64,000 bases of DNA, taken from the human T2T-CHM13v2.0 reference genome, Homo sapiens. The DNA lies in assembly GCF_009914755.1 (NCBI RefSeq), contig NC_060939.1; one strand, 5' to 3'. The notes below the pieces were generated by a model. The model did not search any database and had not been told where the DNA came from. It saw only the letters and a program-made list of their open reading frames with translations. The translations under genes and the position numbers were made by a program. Shown here one piece after another: positions 13,001-29,400 of the stretch (positions within the stretch are counted from its first letter, which is position 1; every line of letters begins with the position of its first letter).

Positions 13001-13107
13001 TTGGACTCCTTTCCATTCGAGTGCATTCCATTCCGTTCCATTTCTTTCTGTTCTGTATGATTCCTACCGTTCGATTTCATTTTGTTCCAGTCTATTCCTT
13101 TCAAGTG

Positions 13108-16100
13108 CATTCCATTCCATTTCACTCCATTCGATTCCATTCCACTCGATTCCACTCCGTTCCATTTCACTGCATTCCATTCTACTCAATTCTATTGCAT
13201 TCCATTCCATTCCATTTGATTACATTCCATGCGATTCCATTCGAATTCGAATCAATTACATTGAAATCCATTACTATTGAGTCCGTTTTATTCCAGTCCA
13301 CTCCATTCTGCTCCATTCCATTTGATTCCATTCCATTCTATTCCATTCCGTACAGTTGCGTTCCATTGGATTCCATTCTATATCTATAAATGCAACTTGA
13401 GACCATTGCTTTTGAGTCCATTCTATATGATTCCATTCCATTCAAGTCCATTACATTTGGTTCAATTCCATTCCATTCCATTCCCTTCCATTCCATTCCA
13501 TTTGATATCAATCCATACGATTCCATTCCATTCGAGCACATTCCATTCGAGTCCATTCCATTCGATGCCATTCCATTTGATTCTATTCCATTAGACTCCA
13601 TTCAATTCCATTAATCTCCATTCCATTCCATTCTACTCCAACTGATTCCATTCCATTCTATTCCTTTCCATTCCATTCCATTCCATTCCATTCGCTTCCA
13701 TTCCATTCGTGTCCATTCCACTCCAGTCCATTCCATTCGTGTCCATTCCATTCCAGTCCATTCCATTTGTGTCCACTGCATTCCATTCCACTCCATTCCA
13801 TATTATTCCATTACACTCCATTCCATTCTATTACTTTCATTTCCATTCAGTTCCATTCCATTTGATTCCATTCCACTCGGTTTCACTCCATTTGAGTCCA
13901 TTCCATTCCATTCCATTCCATTCCATTCCATTCCATTCTGTTCCATTCCATTCCATTCCATTCCATTGGGTACCATTCCATATTGTTCCATTCGATTCCA
14001 TTCGAATCCATTCCATTCCAGTCCATTCCATTCGATTCCATTCCATTCCATTCGATTCCACTTGAATCCACTCCATTCCCTTCCACTGCATTCCATTCGA
14101 TTCCATTCCATTGCATTGCATTCCTTTCCATTGGATTGCATTCCATTCGATTCCATTCCATTCGAATCAATTACATAGCAATCCATTACATTCGAGTCTG
14201 TTCTATTCCGTTCCATTCGATTTCGTACCAATCCATTCGATTCCATTCCACTCGATTCCATTCCATACTATTGCATTCCATTCGATTAAATTATACTCGA
14301 ATAAGTTCCATTCAAGACCATTTCTGTTGAGTCCATTCTACTTGAGTCCATTCCCTTTGATTCCATAACATTTGAGTCCATTCAATTCCATTCCTTTCGT
14401 TTCCATTCCATTTGATGCCATTCCATTCAATTCTGTTCTACTCGACTCCAATACATTCAATTCCATTCCATCCGATTCCATTACATTCTTTTCATTTCTT
14501 ATCCATTTCAAGCCATTCCATTCCATTCCATTCCATTCCACTCGTTTCCTTTCCATTCGAGTCCATTCCACTCCAGTCCATTCCATTCGAATCCATTTCA
14601 CTCCAGTCCATTCCATTCGAATCCATTTCACTCCAGTCCATTAAATTCGAGTATATTCCATTCCATTCTATTCAATGCCATTCCATTCGATTCTATTCCA
14701 TTCGACACCATTCCTTTCCATTCCGTTCCATCCGATTCCATTCCATTGTATTCCATTCAATTCCATTCCATTGCATTCCATTCGTTTCCATTCCATTCGA
14801 ATTCATTCCACTCAAGTCCATTCCATTCGAGTCCATTCCTTTCGATATCATTCCATACTATTGAATTCCATTCAATTCCATTGTTTTCGAATAAATTCCA
14901 ACCGAGACCATTCCTTTCGTGTCCATTCTATTTGACTGCATTCCATTTGAGTCCATTAAATTTCTGCACATTCCATTCCTTTCCATTCCATTCCATTCCA
15001 TTCCTTTCGGTGCCATTCCATTCCACTCTAATCCATTCAAGTCCATTCCATTTGAGTCCATTCCATTGATTCGATGCCATTACATTCAATTCTATTCCAT
15101 TCGACTCCATTGCATTCCATTCCCTTCCAAACAATTCCATTCCATTCTATTAATTTCTATTCCAATCCATTCCATTCCGTTCCATTCGTTTCCATTCCAT
15201 TCGAGTCCACTCCATTCCAGTCCATTCCATTCGATTCCATTCCATTCCAGTCCATTCCATTCAAGTCCATTCCACTGCATTCCATTCCATTCGATATCCT
15301 TCGATAACTCCCCATTCCATTCTGCTCCTTAATATTCAATTCAATTCCATTCCATTTGATTCCATTCCATTTGATTACATTCCATTCGACTCCATTCCAT
15401 TCGACTCTATTCCATTCGAGTCCATTCCATTCCATTCCATTGCATTCCGTTCCAATCCCTATTCCATTCCATTTTGTTACTGTCCATTCCATTTGAGTCC
15501 ATTCCATGCCAAACAATTCCATTCGATTCCATTCCAATAGATTCCATTGCACTCGAATCCAGTGCGTTCCATTCCATTGCTTTCCATTCTATTACATTCC
15601 ATTGCATTCCATTCAATTCCATTAATTTCGAATCAATTACATTGCAATCCATTGCATTCGAGTTCTATTCCAGTCCATTGCATTCCGGCGCATGCCGTTC
15701 CATTCCATTCCATTCGCTTCCGTTCCATTCGAATCAATTGCATTGCAATGCTTTACATTCGAGTCCGTTTTATTCCAGTCCAATCCATTCCGGTCCATTC
15801 CATTCGATTCCATTCCATTCGATGCCACTCCATACTATTGTATTTCATTCGATTCCATTCTATTCAAATAAATTCCATTCGAGACCATTCCTTTCGAGTC
15901 CATTCTATTTGAGTCCATTCCATTCGAGTCCATTATATTTGGGTCAATTCCATTCAATTCCATTGCAATCCATTCCATTCGATGTCACTCCATTCATTTC
16001 TATTCCATTAGAGTCCATGTCATTCGAGTCCATTCCATTCTATTCTATTCCACTCCATTTCATTCCATTCCACTCCATTCCATTCGTTGCCGTTCCATTC

Positions 16101-19100
16101 AATTCTATTATATTCCACTCCATTTACTTCCATTCCATTCCATTCCATTCTATCCAATTCCGTTCCATTCTATTCCTTTAAAGTCCATTCCATTCCATTC
16201 CATTCGTTTCCATTCCATTCGAGTAAAGTCCACTCCAGTCCTTTCCATTCGAGTCCATTCCTCTCCACTCCATTCCGTTCAATCCATTCCATTCCAGTCC
16301 ATTCCATTCGAGTCCGTTCCATTCCAGTCCATTCCATTCGAGTCAATTCCATTCCATTCGATATCTTTCCATAACGATCCATTCCATTCTATTCCTTTTG
16401 ATTCCATTCAATTCCATTCTTTCTATTTCATTCCATTCGATTCCCTTCCATTGGACTCCTTTCCATTCGAGTGCATTCCATTCCGTTCCATTTCTTTCTG
16501 TTCTGTATGATTCCTACCGTTCGATTTCATTTTGTTCCAGTCTATTCCTTTCAAGTGCATTCCATTCCATTTCACTCCATTCGATTCCATTCCACTCGAT
16601 TCCACTCCGTTCCATTTCACTGCATTCCATTCTACTCAATTCTATTGCATTCCATTCCATTCCATTTGATTACATTCCATGCGATTCCATTCGAATTCGA
16701 ATCAATTACATTGAAATCCATTACTATTGAGTCCGTTTTATTCCAGTCCACTCCATTCTGCTCCATTCCATTTGATTCCATTCCATTCTATTCCATTCCG
16801 TACAGTTGCGTTCCATTGGATTCCATTCTATATCTATAAATGCAACTTGAGACCATTGCTTTTGAGTCCATTCTATATGATTCCATTCCATTCAAGTCCA
16901 TTACATTTGGTTCAATTCCATTCCATTCCATTCCCTTCCATTCCATTCCATTTGATATCAATCCATACGATTCCATTCCATTCGAGCACATTCCATTCGA
17001 GTCCATTCCATTCGATGCCATTCCATTTGATTCTATTCCATTAGACTCCATTCAATTCCATTAATCTCCATTCCATTCCATTCTACTCCAACTGATTCCA
17101 TTCCATTCTATTCCTTTCCATTCCATTCCATTCCATTCCATTCGCTTCCATTCCATTCGTGTCCATTCCACTCCAGTCCATTCCATTCGTGTCCATTCCA
17201 TTCCAGTCCATTCCATTTGTGTCCACTGCATTCCATTCCACTCCATTCCATATTATTCCATTACACTCCATTCCATTCTATTACTTTCATTTCCATTCAG
17301 TTCCATTCCATTTGATTCCATTCCACTCGGTTTCACTCCATTTGAGTCCATTCCATTCCATTCCATTCCATTCCATTCCATTCCATTCTGTTCCATTCCA
17401 TTCCATTCCATTCCATTGGGTACCATTCCATATTGTTCCATTCGATTCCATTCGAATCCATTCCATTCCAGTCCATTCCATTCGATTCCATTCCATTCCA
17501 TTCGATTCCACTTGAATCCACTCCATTCCCTTCCACTGCATTCCATTCGATTCCATTCCATTGCATTGCATTCCTTTCCATTGGATTGCATTCCATTCGA
17601 TTCCATTCCATTCGAATCAATTACATAGCAATCCATTACATTCGAGTCTGTTCTATTCCGTTCCATTCGATTTCGTACCAATCCATTCGATTCCATTCCA
17701 CTCGATTCCATTCCATACTATTGCATTCCATTCGATTAAATTATACTCGAATAAGTTCCATTCAAGACCATTTCTGTTGAGTCCATTCTACTTGAGTCCA
17801 TTCCCTTTGATTCCATAACATTTGAGTCCATTCAATTCCATTCCTTTCGTTTCCATTCCATTTGATGCCATTCCATTCAATTCTGTTCTACTCGACTCCA
17901 ATACATTCAATTCCATTCCATCCGATTCCATTACATTCTTTTCATTTCTTATCCATTTCAAGCCATTCCATTCCATTCCATTCCATTCCACTCGTTTCCT
18001 TTCCATTCGAGTCCATTCCACTCCAGTCCATTCCATTCGAATCCATTTCACTCCAGTCCATTCCATTCGAATCCATTTCACTCCAGTCCATTAAATTCGA
18101 GTATATTCCATTCCATTCTATTCAATGCCATTCCATTCGATTCTATTCCATTCGACACCATTCCTTTCCATTCCGTTCCATCCGATTCCATTCCATTGTA
18201 TTCCATTCAATTCCATTCCATTGCATTCCATTCGTTTCCATTCCATTCGAATTCATTCCACTCAAGTCCATTCCATTCGAGTCCATTCCTTTCGATATCA
18301 TTCCATACTATTGAATTCCATTCAATTCCATTGTTTTCGAATAAATTCCAACCGAGACCATTCCTTTCGTGTCCATTCTATTTGACTGCATTCCATTTGA
18401 GTCCATTAAATTTCTGCACATTCCATTCCTTTCCATTCCATTCCATTCCATTCCTTTCGGTGCCATTCCATTCCACTCTAATCCATTCAAGTCCATTCCA
18501 TTTGAGTCCATTCCATTGATTCGATGCCATTACATTCAATTCTATTCCATTCGACTCCATTGCATTCCATTCCCTTCCAAACGATTCCATTCCATTCTAT
18601 TAATTTCTATTCCAATCCATTCCATTCCGTTCCATTCGTTTCCATTCCATTCGAGTCCACTCCATTCCAGTCCATTCCATTCGATTCCATTCCATTCCAG
18701 TCCATTCCATTCAAGTCCATTCCACTGCATTCCATTCCATTCGATATCCTTCGATAACTCCCCATTCCATTCTGCTCCTTAATATTCAATTCAATTCCAT
18801 TCCATTTGATTCCATTCCATTTGATTACATTCCATTCGACTCCATTCCATTCGACTCTATTCCATTCGAGTCCATTCCATTCCATTCCATTGCATTCCGT
18901 TCCAATCCCTATTCCATTCCATTTTGTTACTGTCCATTCCATTTGAGTCCATTCCATGCCAAACAATTCCATTCGATTCCATTGCAATAGATTCCATTGC
19001 ACTCGAATCCAGTGCGTTCCATTCCATTGCTTTCCATTCTATTACATTCCATTGCATTCCATTCAATTCCATTAATTTCGAATCAATTACATTGCAATCC

Positions 19101-22100
19101 ATTGCATTCGAGTTCTATTCCAGTCCATTGCATTCCGGCGCATGCCGTTCCATTCCATTCCATTCGCTTCCGTTCCATTCGAATCAATTGCATTGCAATG
19201 CTTTACATTCGAGTCCGTTTTATTCCAGTCCAATCCATTCCGGTCCATTCCGTTCGATTCCATTCCATTCGATGCCACTCCATACTATTGTATTTCATTC
19301 GATTCCATTCTATTCAAATAAATTCCATTCGAGACCATTCCTTTCGAGTCCATTCTATTTGAGTCCATTCCATTCGAGTCCATTATATTTGGGTCCATTC
19401 CATTCAATTCCATTGCAATCCATTCCATTCGATGTCACTCCATTCATTTCTATTCCATTAGAGTCCATGTCATTGGAGTCCATTCCATTCTATTCTATTC
19501 CACTCCATTTCATTCCATTCCACTCCATTCCATTCGTTGCCGTTCCATTCAATTCTATTATATTCCACTCCATTTACTTCCATTCCATTCCATTCCATTC
19601 TATCCAATTCCGTTCCATTCTATTCCTTCAAAGTCCATTCCATTCCATTCCATTCGTTTCCATTCCATTCGAGTAAAGTCCACTCCAGTCCTTTCCATTC
19701 GAGTCCATTCCTCTCCAGTCCATTCCGTTCAATCCATTCCATTCCAGTCCATTCCATTCGAGTCCGTTCCATTCCAGTCCATTCCATTCGAGTCAATTCC
19801 ATTCCATTCGATATCTTTCCATAACGATCCATTCCATTCTATTCCTTTCGATTCCATTCAATTCCATTCTTTCTATTTCATTCCATTCGATTCCCTTCCA
19901 TTGGACTCCTTTCCATTCGAGTGCATTCCATTCCGTTCCATTTCTTTCTGTTCTGTATGATTCCTACCGTTCGATTTCATTTTGTTCCAGTCTATTCCTT
20001 TCAAGTGCATTCCATTCCATTTCACTCCATTCGATTCCATTCCACTCGATTCCACTCCGTTCCATTTCACTGCATTCCATTCTACTCAATTCTATTGCAT
20101 TCCATTCCATTCCATTTGATTACATTCCATGCGATTCCATTCGAATTCGAATCAATTACATTGAAATCCATTACTATTGAGTCCGTTTTATTCCAGTCCA
20201 CTCCATTCTGCTCCATTCCATTTGATTCCATTCCATTCTATTCCATTCCGTACAGTTGCGTTCCATTGGATTCCATTCTATATCTATAAATGCAACTTGA
20301 GACCATTGCTTTTGAGTCCATTCTATATGATTCCATTCCATTCAAGTCCATTACATTTGGTTCAATTCCATTCCATTCCATTCCCTTCCATTCCATTCCA
20401 TTTGATATCAATCCATACGATTCCATTCCATTCGAGCACATTCCATTCGAGTCCATTCCATTCGATGCCATTCCATTTGATTCTATTCCATTAGACTCCA
20501 TTCAATTCCATTAATCTCCATTCCATTCCATTCTACTCCAACTGATTCCATTCCATTCTATTCCTTTCCATTCCATTCCATTCCATTCCATTCGCTTCCA
20601 TTCCATTCGTGTCCATTCCACTCCAGTCCATTCCATTCGTGTCCATTCCATTCCAGTCCATTCCATTTGTGTCCACTGCATTCCATTACACTCCATTCCA
20701 TATTATTCCATTACACTCCATTCCATTCTATTACTTTCATTTCCATTCAGTTCCATTCCATTTGATTCCATTCCACTCGGTTTCACTCCATTTGAGTCCA
20801 TTCCATTCCATTCCATTCCATTCCATTCCATTCTGTTCCATTCCATTCCATTCCATTCCATTGGGTACCATTCCATATTGTTCCATTCGATTCCATTCGA
20901 ATCCATTCCATTCCAGTCCATTCCACTCGATTCCATTCCATTCCATTCGATTCCACTTGATTCCACTCCATTCCCTTCCACTGCATTCCATTCGATTCCA
21001 TTCCATTGCATTGCATTCCATTCCATTGGATTGCATTCCATTCGATTCCATTCCATTCGAATCAATTACATAGCAATCCATTACATTCGAGTCTGTTCTA
21101 TTCCGTTCCATTCGATTTCGTTCCAATCCATTCGATTCCATTCCATTCGATTCCATTCCATACTATTGCATTCCATTCGATTAAATTATACTCGAATAAA
21201 TTCCATTCAAGACCATTTCTGTTGAGTCCATTCTACTTGAGACCATTCCCTTTGATTCCATAACATTTGAGTCCATTCAATTCCATTCCTTTCGTTTCCA
21301 TTCCATTTGATGCCATTCCATTCAATTCTGTTCTACTCGACTCCAGTACATTCAATTCCATTCCATACGATTCCATTAGATTCTTTTCATTTCTTATCCA
21401 TTTCAAGCCATTCCATTCCATTCCATTCCATTCCACTCGTTTCCTTTCCATTCGAGTCCATTCCACTCCAGTCCATTCCATTCGAATCCATTTCACTCCA
21501 GTCCATTCCATTCGAATCCATTTCACTCCAGTCCATTAAATTCGAGTACATTCCATTCCATTCTATTCAATGCCATTCCATTCGATTCTATTCCATTCGA
21601 CACCATTCCTTTCCATTCCGTTCCATCCGATTCCATTCCATTGTATTCCATTCAATTCCATTCCATTGCATTCCATTCGTTTCCATTCCATTCGAATTCA
21701 TTCCGCTCAAGTCCATTCCATTCGAGTCCATTCCATTCGATATCATTCCATACTATTGAATTCCATTCGATTCCATTGTTTTCGAATAAATTCCAACCGA
21801 GACCATTCCTTTCGTGTCCATTCTATTTGACTGCATTCCATTTGAGTCCATTAAATTTCTGCACATTCCATTCCTTTCCATTCCATTCCATTCCATTCCT
21901 TTCGGTGCCATTCCATTCCACTTTAATCCATTCAAGTCCATTCCATTTGAGTCCATTCCATTGATTCGATGCCATTACATTCAATTCTATTCCATTCGAC
22001 TCCATTGCATTCCATTCCCTTCCAAACGATTCCATTCCATTCTATTAATTTCTATTCCAATCCATTCCATTCCGTTCCATTCGTTTCCATTCCATTCGAG

Positions 22101-23478
22101 TCCACTCCATTCCAGTCCATTCCATTAGATTCCATTCCATTCCAGTCCATTCCATTCAAGTCCATTCCACTGCATTCCATTCCATTCGATATCCTTCGAT
22201 AGCACCCCATTCCATTCTGCTCCTTACTATTCAATTCAATTCCATTCCATTTGATTCCATTCCATTTGATTCCATTCCATTCGACTCCATTCCATTCGAC
22301 TCTATTCCATTCGAGTCCATTCCATTCCATTCCATTGCATTCCGTTCCAATCCCTATTCCATTCCATTTTGTTACTGTCCATTCCATTTGAGTCCATTCC
22401 ATGACAAACCATTCCATTCGATTCCATTCCAATAGATTCCATTGCACTCGAATCCAGTGCGTTCCATTCCATTGCTTTCCATTCTATTACATTCCATTGC
22501 ATTACATTCCATTCCATTTGATTGCATTCCATTCAATTCCATTAATTTCGAATCAATTACATTGCAATCCATTGCATTCGAGTTCTATTCCAGTCCATTG
22601 CATTCCGGCGCATGCCGTTCCATTCCATTCCATTCGCTTCCGTTCCATTCGAATCGATTGCATTGCAATGCTTTACATTCGAGTCCGTTTTATTCCAGTC
22701 CAATCCATTCCGGTCCATTCCGTTCGATTCCATTCCATTCGATGCCACTCCATACTATTGTATTTCATTCGATTCCATTCTATTCAAATAAATTCCATTC
22801 GAGACCATTCCTTTCGAGTCCATTCTATTTGAGTCCATTCCATTCGAGTCCATTATATTTGGGTCCATTCCATTCAATTCCATTGCAATCCATTCCATTC
22901 GATGTCACTCCATTCATTTCTATTCCATTAGAGTCCATGTCATTCGAGTCCATTCCATTCTATTCTATTCCACTCCATTTCATTCCATTCCACTCTATTC
23001 CATTCGTTGCCGTTCCATTCAATTCTATTATATTCCACTCCATTTACTTCCATTCCATTCCATTCCATTCTATCCAATTCCGTTCCATTCTATTCCTTTA
23101 AAGTCCATTCCATTCCATTCCATTCGTTTCCATTCCATTCGAGTAAAGTCCACTCCAGTCCTTTCCATTCGAGTCCATTCCTCTCCAGTCCATTCCGTTC
23201 AATCCATTCCATTCCAGTCCATTCCATTCGAGTCCGTTCCATTCCAGTCCATTCCATTCGAGTCAATTCCATTCCATTCGATATCTTTCCATAACGATCC
23301 ATTCCATTCTATTCTTTTCGATTCCATTCAATTCCATTCCATTCTATTTCATTCCATTCGATTCCCTTCCATTGGACTCCTTTCCATTCGAGTGCATTCC
23401 ATTCCGTTCCATTTCTTTCTGTTCTGTATGATTCCTAGCGTTCGATTTCATTTTGTTCCAGTCTATTCCTTTCAAGTC
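13108..23478 (+). repeat. Copy 1 of a ~10.37 kb three-unit tandem duplication
   Basis: Private variants CCAAACAATT (~15130), GGGTCAATT (15941), CATTGGAGTC (19471), CCTTCAAAG (19625), GATAGCACCCC (~22198) and CCTAGCGTT (~23434) all recur 10376 bp downstream. Confidence 0.85.
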
Positions 23479-26400
23479 CATTCCATTCCATTTCACTCCA
23501 TTCGATTCCATTCCACTCGATTCCACTCCGTTCCATTTCACTGCATTCCATTCTACTCAATTCTATTGCATTCCATTCCATTCCATTTGATTACATTCCA
23601 TGCGATTCCATTCGAATTCGAATCAATTACATTGAAATCCATTACTATTGAGTCCGTTTTATTCCAGTCCACTCCATTCTGCTCCATTCCATTTGATTCC
23701 ATTCCATTCTATTCCATTCCGTACAGTTGCGTTCCATTGGATTCCATTCTATATCTATAAATGCAACTTGAGACCATTGCTTTTGAGTCCATTCTATATG
23801 ATTCCATTCCATTCAAGTCCATTACATTTGGTTCAATTCCATTCCATTCCATTCCCTTCCATTCCATTCCATTTGATATCAATCCATACGATTCCATTCC
23901 ATTCGAGCACATTCCATTCGAGTCCATTCCATTCGATGCCATTCCATTTGATTCTATTCCATTAGACTCCATTCAATTCCATTAATCTCCATTCCATTCC
24001 ATTCTACTCCAACTGATTCCATTCCATTCTATTCCTTTCCATTCCATTCCATTCCATTCCATTCGCTTCCATTCCATTCGTGTCCATTCCACTCCAGTCC
24101 ATTCCATTCGTGTCCATTCCATTCCAGTCCATTCCATTTGTGTCCACTGCATTCCATTCCACTCCATTCCATATTATTCCATTACACTCCATTCCATTCT
24201 ATTACTTTCATTTCCATTCAGTTCCATTCCATTTGATTCCATTCCACTCGGTTTCACTCCATTTGAGTCCATTCCATTCCATTCCATTCCATTCCATTCC
24301 ATTCCATTCCATTCTGTTCCATTCCATTCCATTCCATTCCATTGGGTACCATTCCATATTGTTCCATTCGATTCCATTCGAATCCATTCCATTCCAGTCC
24401 ATTCCATTCGATTCCATTCCATTCCATTCGATTCCACTTGAATCCACTCCATTCCCTTCCACTGCATTCCATTCGATTCCATTCCATTGCATTGCATTCC
24501 TTTCCATTGGATTGCATTCCATTCGATTCCATTCCATTCGAATCAATTACATAGCAATCCATTACATTCGAGTCTGTTCTATTCCGTTCCATTCGATTTC
24601 GTACCAATCCATTCGATTCCATTCCACTCGATTCCATTCCATACTATTGCATTCCATTCGATTAAATTATACTCGAATAAGTTCCATTCAAGACCATTTC
24701 TGTTGAGTCCATTCTACTTGAGTCCATTCCCTTTGATTCCATAACATTTGAGTCCATTCAATTCCATTCCTTTCGTTTCCATTCCATTTGATGCCATTCC
24801 ATTCAATTCTGTTCTACTCGACTCCAATACATTCAATTCCATTCCATCCGATTCCATTACATTCTTTTCATTTCTTATCCATTTCAAGCCATTCCATTCC
24901 ATTCCATTCCATTCCACTCGTTTCCTTTCCATTCGAGTCCATTCCACTCCAGTCCATTCCATTCGAATCCATTTCACTCCAGTCCATTCCATTCGAATCC
25001 ATTTCACTCCAGTCCATTAAATTCGAGTATATTCCATTCCATTCTATTCAATGCCATTCCATTCGATTCTATTCCATTCGACACCATTCCTTTCCATTCC
25101 GTTCCATCCGATTCCATTCCATTGTATTCCATTCAATTCCATTCCATTGCATTCCATTCGTTTCCATTCCATTCGAATTCATTCCACTCAAGTCCATTCC
25201 ATTCGAGTCCATTCCTTTCGATATCATTCCATACTATTGAATTCCATTCAATTCCATTGTTTTCGAATAAATTCCAACCGAGACCATTCCTTTCGTGTCC
25301 ATTCTATTTGACTGCATTCCATTTGAGTCCATTAAATTTCTGCACATTCCATTCCTTTCCATTCCATTCCATTCCATTCCTTTCGGTGCCATTCCATTCC
25401 ACTCTAATCCATTCAAGTCCATTCCATTTGAGTCCATTCCATTGATTCGATGCCATTACATTCAATTCTATTCCATTCGACTCCATTGCATTCCATTCCC
25501 TTCCAAACAATTCCATTCCATTCTATTAATTTCTATTCCAATCCATTCCATTCCGTTCCATTCGTTTCCATTCCATTCGAGTCCACTCCATTCCAGTCCA
25601 TTCCATTCGATTCCATTCCATTCCAGTCCATTCCATTCAAGTCCATTCCACTGCATTCCATTCCATTCGATATCCTTCGATAACTCCCCATTCCATTCTG
25701 CTCCTTAATATTCAATTCAATTCCATTCCATTTGATTCCATTCCATTTGATTACATTCCATTCGACTCCATTCCATTCGACTCTATTCCATTCGAGTCCA
25801 TTCCATTCCATTCCATTGCATTCCGTTCCAATCCCTATTCCATTCCATTTTGTTACTGTCCATTCCATTTGAGTCCATTCCATGCCAAACAATTCCATTC
25901 GATTCCATTCCAATAGATTCCATTGCACTCGAATCCAGTGCGTTCCATTCCATTGCTTTCCATTCTATTACATTCCATTGCATTCCATTCAATTCCATTA
26001 ATTTCGAATCAATTACATTGCAATCCATTGCATTCGAGTTCTATTCCAGTCCATTGCATTCCGGCGCATGCCGTTCCATTCCATTCCATTCGCTTCCGTT
26101 CCATTCGAATCAATTGCATTGCAATGCTTTACATTCGAGTCCGTTTTATTCCAGTCCAATCCATTCCGGTCCATTCCATTCGATTCCATTCCATTCGATG
26201 CCACTCCATACTATTGTATTTCATTCGATTCCATTCTATTCAAATAAATTCCATTCGAGACCATTCCTTTCGAGTCCATTCTATTTGAGTCCATTCCATT
26301 CGAGTCCATTATATTTGGGTCAATTCCATTCAATTCCATTGCAATCCATTCCATTCGATGTCACTCCATTCATTTCTATTCCATTAGAGTCCATGTCATT

Positions 26401-29400
26401 CGAGTCCATTCCATTCTATTCTATTCCACTCCATTTCATTCCATTCCACTCCATTCCATTCGTTGCCGTTCCATTCAATTCTATTATATTCCACTCCATT
26501 TACTTCCATTCCATTCCATTCCATTCTATCCAATTCCGTTCCATTCTATTCCTTTAAAGTCCATTCCATTCCATTCCATTCGTTTCCATTCCATTCGAGT
26601 AAAGTCCACTCCAGTCCTTTCCATTCGAGTCCATTCCTCTCCACTCCATTCCGTTCAATCCATTCCATTCCAGTCCATTCCATTCGAGTCCGTTCCATTC
26701 CAGTCCATTCCATTCGAGTCAATTCCATTCCATTCGATATCTTTCCATAACGATCCATTCCATTCTATTCCTTTTGATTCCATTCAATTCCATTCTTTCT
26801 ATTTCATTCCATTCGATTCCCTTCCATTGGACTCCTTTCCATTCGAGTGCATTCCATTCCGTTCCATTTCTTTCTGTTCTGTATGATTCCTACCGTTCGA
26901 TTTCATTTTGTTCCAGTCTATTCCTTTCAAGTGCATTCCATTCCATTTCACTCCATTCGATTCCATTCCACTCGATTCCACTCCGTTCCATTTCACTGCA
27001 TTCCATTCTACTCAATTCTATTGCATTCCATTCCATTCCATTTGATTACATTCCATGCGATTCCATTCGAATTCGAATCAATTACATTGAAATCCATTAC
27101 TATTGAGTCCGTTTTATTCCAGTCCACTCCATTCTGCTCCATTCCATTTGATTCCATTCCATTCTATTCCATTCCGTACAGTTGCGTTCCATTGGATTCC
27201 ATTCTATATCTATAAATGCAACTTGAGACCATTGCTTTTGAGTCCATTCTATATGATTCCATTCCATTCAAGTCCATTACATTTGGTTCAATTCCATTCC
27301 ATTCCATTCCCTTCCATTCCATTCCATTTGATATCAATCCATACGATTCCATTCCATTCGAGCACATTCCATTCGAGTCCATTCCATTCGATGCCATTCC
27401 ATTTGATTCTATTCCATTAGACTCCATTCAATTCCATTAATCTCCATTCCATTCCATTCTACTCCAACTGATTCCATTCCATTCTATTCCTTTCCATTCC
27501 ATTCCATTCCATTCCATTCGCTTCCATTCCATTCGTGTCCATTCCACTCCAGTCCATTCCATTCGTGTCCATTCCATTCCAGTCCATTCCATTTGTGTCC
27601 ACTGCATTCCATTCCACTCCATTCCATATTATTCCATTACACTCCATTCCATTCTATTACTTTCATTTCCATTCAGTTCCATTCCATTTGATTCCATTCC
27701 ACTCGGTTTCACTCCATTTGAGTCCATTCCATTCCATTCCATTCCATTCCATTCCATTCCATTCTGTTCCATTCCATTCCATTCCATTCCATTGGGTACC
27801 ATTCCATATTGTTCCATTCGATTCCATTCGAATCCATTCCATTCCAGTCCATTCCATTCGATTCCATTCCATTCCATTCGATTCCACTTGAATCCACTCC
27901 ATTCCCTTCCACTGCATTCCATTCGATTCCATTCCATTGCATTGCATTCCTTTCCATTGGATTGCATTCCATTCGATTCCATTCCATTCGAATCAATTAC
28001 ATAGCAATCCATTACATTCGAGTCTGTTCTATTCCGTTCCATTCGATTTCGTACCAATCCATTCGATTCCATTCCACTCGATTCCATTCCATACTATTGC
28101 ATTCCATTCGATTAAATTATACTCGAATAAGTTCCATTCAAGACCATTTCTGTTGAGTCCATTCTACTTGAGTCCATTCCCTTTGATTCCATAACATTTG
28201 AGTCCATTCAATTCCATTCCTTTCGTTTCCATTCCATTTGATGCCATTCCATTCAATTCTGTTCTACTCGACTCCAATACATTCAATTCCATTCCATCCG
28301 ATTCCATTACATTCTTTTCATTTCTTATCCATTTCAAGCCATTCCATTCCATTCCATTCCATTCCACTCGTTTCCTTTCCATTCGAGTCCATTCCACTCC
28401 AGTCCATTCCATTCGAATCCATTTCACTCCAGTCCATTCCATTCGAATCCATTTCACTCCAGTCCATTAAATTCGAGTATATTCCATTCCATTCTATTCA
28501 ATGCCATTCCATTCGATTCTATTCCATTCGACACCATTCCTTTCCATTCCGTTCCATCCGATTCCATTCCATTGTATTCCATTCAATTCCATTCCATTGC
28601 ATTCCATTCGTTTCCATTCCATTCGAATTCATTCCACTCAAGTCCATTCCATTCGAGTCCATTCCTTTCGATATCATTCCATACTATTGAATTCCATTCA
28701 ATTCCATTGTTTTCGAATAAATTCCAACCGAGACCATTCCTTTCGTGTCCATTCTATTTGACTGCATTCCATTTGAGTCCATTAAATTTCTGCACATTCC
28801 ATTCCTTTCCATTCCATTCCATTCCATTCCTTTCGGTGCCATTCCATTCCACTCTAATCCATTCAAGTCCATTCCATTTGAGTCCATTCCATTGATTCGA
28901 TGCCATTACATTCAATTCTATTCCATTCGACTCCATTGCATTCCATTCCCTTCCAAACGATTCCATTCCATTCTATTAATTTCTATTCCAATCCATTCCA
29001 TTCCGTTCCATTCGTTTCCATTCCATTCGAGTCCACTCCATTCCAGTCCATTCCATTCGATTCCATTCCATTCCAGTCCATTCCATTCAAGTCCATTCCA
29101 CTGCATTCCATTCCATTCGATATCCTTCGATAACTCCCCATTCCATTCTGCTCCTTAATATTCAATTCAATTCCATTCCATTTGATTCCATTCCATTTGA
29201 TTACATTCCATTCGACTCCATTCCATTCGACTCTATTCCATTCGAGTCCATTCCATTCCATTCCATTGCATTCCGTTCCAATCCCTATTCCATTCCATTT
29301 TGTTACTGTCCATTCCATTTGAGTCCATTCCATGCCAAACAATTCCATTCGATTCCATTCCAATAGATTCCATTGCACTCGAATCCAGTGCGTTCCATTC